From positions 36,482 through 100,481 of the forward strand of contig JAZRXI010000077.1 of assembly GCA_045600145.1 (NCBI GenBank): DNA of 64,000 bases, in the 5' to 3' direction. Below are positions 28,522-35,451 of this stretch, one piece after another; within the stretch, counting starts at the first letter, position 1, and each line of letters begins with the position of its first letter. A program made the translations under genes and the position numbers. The notes beneath the pieces were generated by a model. It saw only the letters and a program-made list of their open reading frames with translations. It was not told the DNA's origin and did not search any database. Source of the stretch: Clostridia bacterium (GTDB lineage Bacteria > Bacillota > Clostridia > Christensenellales > QALW01).

Positions 28522-30591
28522 TCACTCCTGCTTTTCGTATGCGCCGAACTTCACAAACTGCAAATTGTCGCCGTCTGTACGCGCATTGAAGAATACCTTG
28601 ATAAATCTGCTCTCCGTGTCGATCGGGTCATAAAACTCCTTGTACGGACCGCCGATGCCGACGCGCTTGCCGACACGCTCGGTCAGGAACGTATAGTCTT
28701 TTCCGTCGCGCGAGCCGTATATCCTGAAATCGACCATCTGCGCTTTCGGCATATTCGATATCATGCCGACGAAGCCGACTTTCTTTACCTCACCGAAATC
28801 CATGGTTATCGTCTGTCCCGTCACCGGCGCAAAGCTTCTCCAATATGTGTCGTCCCTGCCGTCGGTCATGTTTTCGGCGGGATACTCCGCCGTATCAAGC
28901 GATGTCCAAATCGCCTTTACGGGTATCTCCTTGCCGAGCTTCGCCTGTGTCGGCGCTATCGTCGGGGGATTTTGGGGATATACCTCCGTCTCATATTCGC
29001 CGAGGTCCTCTGTCGTAACAAGCAACAGCCAATCGCGGCGTGAGGGCTTTTTCGGGATGGGATAAGTACCGTCGGGCGTGCTGAACGACGGCAGCTCGAT
29101 GAACTTTCCGTGTATGGTGTCGTAATAACGCATGTTGTAGACGGTGTTCTTCTTAAGGTTGCTCATCATGCCGACTTCGATATCCGCATCGTAGAAATAG
29201 TATATGACGGTATCCTGACCGCGGTGCGATATAGCCGCGCGGTTACGCGCTTCAAGCATTGCGAACTCATAGCCGAAGCTCGGCTCAAGCGTCCACCACT
29301 TTACATGCTCATAGAATTTTTTGAGATATGTCATTTCATCCGAGCCGTGCTTATTCATTCCGGCATACCAAGGCTCGGGCGAATATCCCGTCCAACCTGT
29401 CTCCTCGGTATGACTCCATCTGAGCGCCCAAACGCCGACCGCTCCGTAGGTAAAGCCTGCCGAGCCCGACTGAACAGCTATGTACGCGCCCATTCTCGAC
29501 GAATCACTTGAGCATTCGCCGGGCATACAGCGCAGCTCATCGTAGTTGCACTCGGTCTCGATATACAGCTTGTTTTTCGGCATATTGGCGTAATCGCGGT
29601 AGAAGAATCTGTGAATAAGTCTGTTGACATCTCCGTGACCCTTCTGAAGCGTCCACCACTGATGCCACGGCTGTTCGTTCAGGTCCTGCGAACGCGGATC
29701 GCTTGCGGGATGCGCGTGTATATGCGCGCCGTTGGGACGGTGATATCCGTCTATTTCGTTAACAAGCGCGCCGACCTGCTTCCACATCTCAAATGTACTG
29801 CCGTAGAGGTTGTCTATTTCCTGTGCGGTTATCCACACTGTCGGATAGCACGCATAACGCGCGATGCAGTATCTTGTGAATCTGAGCAACGGCTCTACAT
29901 TGAATTTGAAGCCGATTGGCGTTGAGCAATGCACGCCGAAGCCCATCGCAACGGTCATGCCGTTGTTTGCCAAGTATTCTATCATTACGTCCATCGTCTC
30001 GTTGAACGCCTGCGGATTTATCTTTGTGAATTTCTCCGTCCACCAATGGTGAACACGCTTGTTTCCGCCGCCGTCGGATTCAGCGGAATCAAAATACGTC
30101 TGATAAACGTTGAAGCCTTTCTTTATACGGTCATCCGCAAGGTGCTTGAACTGGTTTCCGCAGTTGCATCCGGGATAATTGCACTCGTGCAAACGCTCCC
30201 AATCCGCCATCTGCCAATGCGTATCGCCCAGCCAGAAGAACGGTGTACCGTCGCCGTAAACCATGTAGGGCTTGCCCTCCTCAAGGCGGACATAGCCGTG
30301 CTTTTCAAGCTCGGTCTTTTTCTCCGATTCGGTCGCCTCTATCTCGCCGCTCGCGCAAAGCGAAGCGTTATCCTTATCGGTGCAGGTGACCTCATACTTC
30401 CACAGACCCGTCTTTTCGGGGCTGAAACGCACCTTCCACTCATTGTCGCCGTTCCAGAAGCCGGGAAGCTTGATGACCGTGCCGTCCTCATGCGTGAAAA
30501 CAGCGTCGATATCCACGTCGGCAAAGGGATTGGCATATTCCTTGGTGCTGTGAAGAACGATCTCACAGCGTTTATACTGCATGCACTTCAT
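28522..30591 (-). CDS. Putative glycoside hydrolase: DUF5060 N-terminal beta-sandwich, DUF4038 (GH140-like) TIM barrel, C-terminal F5/8 type C (discoidin/CBM32-like) domain
   Basis: N-terminus ..VFTHEDGTVIKLPGFWNGDNEWKVRFSPEKTGLWKY is typical of DUF5060. C-terminus ..AENMTDGRDDTYWRS.. is discoidin-like. Start set at MKCMQYK (30591) after AAGGAGAA. No signal peptide. Confidence 0.6.
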   Translation of the reverse strand: MKCMQYKRCEIVLHSTKEYANPFADVDIDAVFTHEDGTVIKLPGFWNGDNEWKVRFSPEKTGLWKYEVTCTDKDNASLCASGEIEATESEKKTELEKHGYVRLEEGKPYMVYGDGTPFFWLGDTHWQMADWERLHECNYPGCNCGNQFKHLADDRIKKGFNVYQTYFDSAESDGGGNKRVHHWWTEKFTKINPQAFNETMDVMIEYLANNGMTVAMGFGVHCSTPIGFKFNVEPLLRFTRYCIARYACYPTVWITAQEIDNLYGSTFEMWKQVGALVNEIDGYHRPNGAHIHAHPASDPRSQDLNEQPWHQWWTLQKGHGDVNRLIHRFFYRDYANMPKNKLYIETECNYDELRCMPGECSSDSSRMGAYIAVQSGSAGFTYGAVGVWALRWSHTEETGWTGYSPEPWYAGMNKHGSDEMTYLKKFYEHVKWWTLEPSFGYEFAMLEARNRAAISHRGQDTVIYYFYDADIEVGMMSNLKKNTVYNMRYYDTIHGKFIELPSFSTPDGTYPIPKKPSRRDWLLLVTTEDLGEYETEVYPQNPPTIAPTQAKLGKEIPVKAIWTSLDTAEYPAENMTDGRDDTYWRSFAPVTGQTITMDFGEVKKVGFVGMISNMPKAQMVDFRIYGSRDGKDYTFLTERVGKRVGIGGPYKEFYDPIDTESRFIKVFFNARTDGDNLQFVKFGAYEKQE

Positions 30592-30676
30592 TTGTTTGTT
30601 CTCCTTTTTCAAAGTTTTATTCAGTATATCATACCGCAAATAAAATTTCAACCCCCGTGAGCTGATTTTATAAAAA

Positions 30677-31195
30677 TCAAATCTTTTTTTCCAAAATTTC
30701 AATATATGCCGACGCACGCTTCTTTGCCGCCGGAAGATCCATATCGGAATAATTACCGCACTCCTCAGGCGTTGCACCCGGAATGTCGCCCTCAAAGTCC
30801 GCGATAAAAGAAAATGTTTCTCTCATCAGCTCCGTTATGCTTTCAAGCGGAATGTCGCCCGCCATTATAAGATAAAATCCCGTCCTGCACCCCATCGGTC
30901 CCCAATAGATGACACGGTGCGCGATGTCACGTCTGTTGCGCAGATATGTTGCGCCGATATGCTCTATCGCGTGTATCTCGGCAGTCGTCATCACCGGCTC
31001 GAAATTCGGGCGCGTGATGCGAATGTCATATGTTGATATCGGATAGACCGTTTTTTCGTCAAGTCCGTCGTGTCTGACGGGAGCACTCTGATAAGCGTCA
31101 AACGCATCATGCGCACTGACGGTATCAAGTCTGCTTAAATACACTCCCGGCATGAGCGTCATGTGATCTATAGTAAAGCTCTTTATTTTTTCCAT
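30677..31195 (-). CDS. luxS: S-ribosylhomocysteine lyase LuxS
   Basis: Metal-binding HAIEH motif and ..ECGNY.. motif. Start set at MEKIKSFTIDH. Confidence 0.9.
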   Translation of the reverse strand: MEKIKSFTIDHMTLMPGVYLSRLDTVSAHDAFDAYQSAPVRHDGLDEKTVYPISTYDIRITRPNFEPVMTTAEIHAIEHIGATYLRNRRDIAHRVIYWGPMGCRTGFYLIMAGDIPLESITELMRETFSFIADFEGDIPGATPEECGNYSDMDLPAAKKRASAYIEILEKKI

Positions 31196-31321
31196 TTTAC
31201 ACCTCACAAATGATTTTCTACATTGTACCACAAACTTCCTTACAATTCAAGGTAAATATTCTACGCATTTTTCCTCGAAAATATCCAAAACAACAATTTT
31301 TCACATAAATAACTTATTTAT

Positions 31322-31350
31322 TTGACATTTGCTTGCTTTAGTAGTATAAT
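31322..31350 (+). promoter_or_regulatory. Consensus sigma-A promoter of the kinase/nucleotidyltransferase pair
   Basis: TTGACA (31322-31327), 17-nt spacer, TATAAT (31345-31350). Confidence 0.7.
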
Positions 31351-31384
31351 CGATGTGAATATGTGTCGGAGGTGAATTTTTGCT

Positions 31385-32530
31385 ATGGGAAATCGGCAAG
31401 TATCTACAGAAACCGTAAAGAATATTCTCAGCAAATTCAACATATCCGGCAATGTCTGCACCATAAAAGCAATAAACAGCGGATACATAAATACAACATA
31501 TAAAGTTGAAACCATATCAAATTCCGGTCACATACACAAGTACATACTCCAGCGCATAAATGAGAACGTCTTTCATGATATTGACGGGCTGATGAGCAAT
31601 TATTTGACAGTTACGACGTATCTTGCGGATTTCAAATTGCCCGGAACAAAGTCGAATCAGCATTCGGTACCTATTCTTAAGCTCACAAAAGACGGGAAAA
31701 AGCCGTACTGCAAAACAGAATACGGGTGCTGGCGTGTTACAAAATATATCGGCAGTGTCGTTTCGTTCGATATTCCCGATTCACCGCAAACCTTCTTCTA
31801 CGCGGGACAGGCGTTCGGTTCATTCGTCAAGGCTCTTTCGGGTATCGACCCGAACAAGATTTCCGTGATACTGCCCGATTTTCACAACACATTGAGCCGC
31901 TACAACGACCTGCAAAAAGCGATCGCACTTGACCCATTCGACCGCGTCAAAGATCTGAGCGTCGAGATCACGTCCGTTGAATCGCGCAGAGAGTTTTATC
32001 CGCTCATTTCAAACGCCCTTGAATCCGGCGAAATACCTACAAGGATCTGTCATAACGACTGCAATCTCAACAATATCCTATTTGATAAAAAGACCCGTCT
32101 GCCGGTGGCTATCATCGACCTCGACACAGTAATGCCATCTTCCCCGCTTTATGATTACGGCGACAGTATGCGTGTCGGTACAAATACTGCCAAGGATGAC
32201 GAAAAGGATCTCTCTAAGGTTTCGTGCGATCTTACGCTTTACGAAAAATACGCCGACGGCTATCTTTCCGTGTACGGCTCCGCTTTTACGGAAAAAGAAC
32301 TTGAATTGCTTCCGTATGCTTCAATAATAATCACTTCGGAGGACAGCATACGTTTTCTTATGGATCACATAAACGGCGATACTTATTACATCGTATCGTA
32401 CCCCGGTCAGAATCTTGACCGTGCGCGCACACAACTCAAGCTTGCGTCCGACATGCAGACCAAGCTTCCGCAGATAAAAGATATCCTGAACAAACTTTAC
32501 AGAAAATATGGTTTGAATAAAACACTTTAA
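31385..32530 (+). CDS. Anomeric N-acetylhexosamine 1-kinase-like phosphotransferase (NahK/AmgK-like, APH fold)
   Basis: GYINTTYKV, YILQRIN, ICHNDCNLNNILFD, AIIDLDTVMPSSPLYDYGDSMR and DDEKDLSKV closely parallel my recollection of Bifidobacterium NahK. Confidence 0.7.
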   Translation: MGNRQVSTETVKNILSKFNISGNVCTIKAINSGYINTTYKVETISNSGHIHKYILQRINENVFHDIDGLMSNYLTVTTYLADFKLPGTKSNQHSVPILKLTKDGKKPYCKTEYGCWRVTKYIGSVVSFDIPDSPQTFFYAGQAFGSFVKALSGIDPNKISVILPDFHNTLSRYNDLQKAIALDPFDRVKDLSVEITSVESRREFYPLISNALESGEIPTRICHNDCNLNNILFDKKTRLPVAIIDLDTVMPSSPLYDYGDSMRVGTNTAKDDEKDLSKVSCDLTLYEKYADGYLSVYGSAFTEKELELLPYASIIITSEDSIRFLMDHINGDTYYIVSYPGQNLDRARTQLKLASDMQTKLPQIKDILNKLYRKYGLNKTL

Positions 32531-32542
32531 GAGGAGTTTTTA

Positions 32543-33292
32543 ATGGAAAAGAACGTGCGGGTAATAATCCCCGCGGCAGGAAAGGGCTCGCGTCTGCACT
32601 GTGCCGATATCCCGAAAGCAATGCACAGAATATGCGACCGTCCGCTTATCGACATCGTTTTGGAGAACACATCCTTTATCTCTCCCGAAAACACATACAT
32701 CATCGTAGGTTACAAAAAAGAAAAAATAGTTGAATTTTACGGTAATAAGTATAATTACGTTTTTCAGAATGAACAGTTCGGAACGGGTCATGCCGTAATG
32801 CTGTGCAGTGACGCATTTAAGGATTTCGACGGAACGGTTTTGATAACCTTCGGTGATATGCCGCTTTTCCGCAAAGAAATCCTTAAAAAGCTGTGTGAGC
32901 ATCACAAACGCACCGGGGCTGCCTGCACGTTGCTCACAGCCATTGACCCAAAGCGTAATGATTGGGCGCATATATTGCGCGGCAACAACGGAGAATTTAT
33001 TTCCATAATCGAATACTACGACGCCACGCCGGAGCAATTAAGGGCAAACGAGCTGTTCGCCGGCGCGCTTGTTTTTGACAGTAAAGCGCTCTTTGACGTG
33101 CTTCCTTTGATGAGCTGCTCCAACGCTCTGAACGAATATTATCTTACCGAAGTGCCCGAAATACTCGCAAAGCATGGGCTTAAGATCGAAACGCTCGCAA
33201 CGGATGACAACAACGACCTGTGCGGAGTGAATACACCCGAGGATATGGTGATTTGCGAAGCCGTATACAAGGAACGTATGGGTATCGATTAA
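32543..33292 (+). CDS. Sugar-1-phosphate nucleotidyltransferase (GlmU N-terminal-domain-like / MurU-like), no acetyltransferase domain
   Basis: IIPAAGKGSRL..IPKAMH, QNEQFGTGHAV and FGDMPL are motifs of the GlmU pyrophosphorylase domain. 249 aa. Starts 12 nt after the kinase stop. Confidence 0.7.
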   Translation: MEKNVRVIIPAAGKGSRLHCADIPKAMHRICDRPLIDIVLENTSFISPENTYIIVGYKKEKIVEFYGNKYNYVFQNEQFGTGHAVMLCSDAFKDFDGTVLITFGDMPLFRKEILKKLCEHHKRTGAACTLLTAIDPKRNDWAHILRGNNGEFISIIEYYDATPEQLRANELFAGALVFDSKALFDVLPLMSCSNALNEYYLTEVPEILAKHGLKIETLATDDNNDLCGVNTPEDMVICEAVYKERMGID

Positions 33293-33321
33293 AAAAAGCA
33301 AAACATCTGCGTAAAATAGCG

Positions 33322-33370
33322 CAAAAAAACACTTGACGGAAGCTTTTTCCTCCGCGCAAGTGTTTTTCTT
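33322..33370. terminator. Terminator between the convergent nucleotidyltransferase (+) and STAS (-) genes
   Basis: A-run, imperfect hairpin CACTTGACGGA..TCCGCGCAAGTG, then TTTTT. Confidence 0.55.
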
Positions 33371-33387
33371 ACTTTGAAGCTATGAAA

Positions 33388-33681
33388 TCATTCTACCGTA
33401 AGTATGTCCGAAAATCCCGTTATTTCAAAAACTTCCATTATATCAGCGCAAACATTCTTGATGACCATGCTACCCTGCTTGTTCATAGTCTTTTGTGCCG
33501 CAAGCAAAACACGAAGTCCCGCCGAAGAAATGTATTCAAGCTTTTCAAAATCCATTATAAGCTCGGTCACATCGTCAATCGATTTGATTTCAGCCTCAAG
33601 CTGAGGTGCCGTAGTCGTATCAAGTCTTCCTGATACAGTAAGTTCAAGCTGTCCGCATGCTTTTCTTTTTGAAATGTCCAT
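33388..33681 (-). CDS. STAS-domain protein (anti-sigma-factor antagonist family)
   Basis: 97 aa. ..LEYISSAGLRVLL.. carries the phosphorylatable-Ser context. GGAGG lies 9 nt upstream. Confidence 0.8.
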   Translation of the reverse strand: MDISKRKACGQLELTVSGRLDTTTAPQLEAEIKSIDDVTELIMDFEKLEYISSAGLRVLLAAQKTMNKQGSMVIKNVCADIMEVFEITGFSDILTVE

Positions 33682-33696
33682 TATTCTATACCTCCA

Positions 33697-34875
33697 TTAA
33701 AATTCAAGTGTTTCAATTTTATCTAACAACTCAATGATATGGTTCTTATAAACCTCTATCGCTTTTTTGCCTTCCTCGCTCTCAAGTCCCTTACGTCTGA
33801 TGATGCGGCGCAAAAGTCTTGTATAACCTATCAGCATCGCCTTATTCTCGACATCGGCGATCCTTTCGGGGTCATCGGTTCCGAGATAAAGCGGAAGTGA
33901 CTTTTTCCAGATCGACACCGCTGTTTCATACGATATTCCGAGGAACGATTCTGAGACGCTGTGATCAAGCTCAGAAAATCCTATATAAGCGTTGTATACC
34001 GATGCAAGCTCAAACACAGGATGTCCCTGGCAAAGCGTATCCATATCAATAAGAAGCACTTCACCGTTCTGCATCATAACGTTTTTAATATGATAATCGC
34101 CGTGCATCATTCTGTGCACAACCGGCACCGCACATACAAGTGCATTGAGCTTTGACCATTTATCCTCAGGAAGATACGGCTTAAGGAATGCCACCCAATC
34201 AAGCACTACCGCGCGCATATCAGGCATATCCTCGGGCTTTACCTCGGTCGAATGTATCTTTTTCATGAGGTCAACATAAAGATCTACATATTTATCGAGA
34301 TTTTCGGGCTCCTGCTTGATAAGCTTTGAAAACGGAAGCGCATCAAGCAGCTCAAATACCGAGCCGTAGCCCGTTCCGACCTTAACGACATCATATGGAA
34401 TGGCTGTCGGAATTCCGAGCACGAACGCGCGGCGTGCAAGCTCACGCTCTCTGTGTATATCCGGCAAGCTGTCCGGGTTGAAATATACTTTGATAATGGT
34501 ATCGGGATCCAGCCGATAAACCTTACCGTTAGCGCCTTGACCGATGACCTCACAGCCATCTACCGACAATTTGCGGTATGCCTTTTCAACGGTTATCATT
34601 TCGGTGAATCCGGTCATATCGAAAATATCATAAACTTCACTAGAAGCATTGATTATTTTCATATCCTTGGATTCCTTGCGTACTCTGAGAACTATGCGCA
34701 GACCGGCACTTGAAATATATTCAAGCTCATCAACATCCAAGACTATCGTGTCATGCGGTGTTTTGCAGGCATCCACTACCAGCGCTTCTACCTGCGCGGC
34801 ATTGGAAGAATCCACACGCCCTGCAAGCGTAATGACCAGTGCTCCGTTCTCGACTTTTGAATTGACTGTAGCCAT
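33697..34875 (-). CDS. STAS domain fused to a protein-kinase-like (APH/PKL-fold) domain
   Basis: Residues 1-97 are STAS (LEYISSAGLRIVL). The remainder has a Gly-rich loop GQGANGKVYRL..IIKVY, a catalytic HGDYHIKNVMM and a LIDMDT motif. AAGGAGAA lies upstream. Confidence 0.7.
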   Translation of the reverse strand: MATVNSKVENGALVITLAGRVDSSNAAQVEALVVDACKTPHDTIVLDVDELEYISSAGLRIVLRVRKESKDMKIINASSEVYDIFDMTGFTEMITVEKAYRKLSVDGCEVIGQGANGKVYRLDPDTIIKVYFNPDSLPDIHRERELARRAFVLGIPTAIPYDVVKVGTGYGSVFELLDALPFSKLIKQEPENLDKYVDLYVDLMKKIHSTEVKPEDMPDMRAVVLDWVAFLKPYLPEDKWSKLNALVCAVPVVHRMMHGDYHIKNVMMQNGEVLLIDMDTLCQGHPVFELASVYNAYIGFSELDHSVSESFLGISYETAVSIWKKSLPLYLGTDDPERIADVENKAMLIGYTRLLRRIIRRKGLESEEGKKAIEVYKNHIIELLDKIETLEF

Positions 34876-34890
34876 CCTTGATTTCTCCTT

Positions 34891-35451
34891 TTAAGCAAAT
34901 AGTTTATTTAATAATTGCACATATTCCATATATGCTGCATTGTCCTTGAGTGAAGCCGTGTATTCTGCCACGGAGCGGTAATACCATTCGTGCATTTTCT
35001 TATCCTTTTGATGAAAGACTTCGAATGCGGCGTCGCCTCGTTCAAGCCACATGCGGTAAAACGAACGTATATTCGCAAGCTTATCGGCAAGCCACAGTAT
35101 TTTGATGTTTTCGTCATCCGTGTTTTTCAGCACCTCAAGCGATTCTTCCTTGCGGATCTTCCATGTCTGCTCCGCGGGAATATCCTTCCGCTTGTTTTCC
35201 GTTTCGCTTTTGACTAATGCCGCCACATACTCGCCGAAATTTTTGACTATTTCTTCCTCTTTTGCCTTCGTATCCTCCAGCACATCGTGCAGAAGTCCCG
35301 CGATCATAACGTCCTCGTCGCACGTTATGCCGGCTATTATCGAAGCCACCTCCATAGGATGTATTATATACGGTATTTTCCCCGTTTTACGCATCTGCCC
35401 TTCGTGACAGCGTGCCGCAAAGATTATTGCATTGTTAAGTTGTTCGCTCAT
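34891..35451 (-). CDS. HD-domain protein, SpoT/Mesh1-type (p)ppGpp hydrolase-like (small alarmone hydrolase type)
   Basis: AARCHEGQMRKTGKIPYIIHPMEVA and GLLHDVLEDT match the RelA/SpoT hydrolase-domain signature. 186 aa with no synthetase domain. ATGA overlap with the upstream gene. Confidence 0.72.
   Translation of the reverse strand: MSEQLNNAIIFAARCHEGQMRKTGKIPYIIHPMEVASIIAGITCDEDVMIAGLLHDVLEDTKAKEEEIVKNFGEYVAALVKSETENKRKDIPAEQTWKIRKEESLEVLKNTDDENIKILWLADKLANIRSFYRMWLERGDAAFEVFHQKDKKMHEWYYRSVAEYTASLKDNAAYMEYVQLLNKLFA

Noticed and set aside
30592-30795. N-terminal extension of the DUF5060/DUF4038 ORF overlapping luxS
   Set aside because: It overlaps the 3' end of luxS by more than 100 nt. 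MKCMQYK at 30591 has an AAGGAGAA SD and matches the expected start of the domain.
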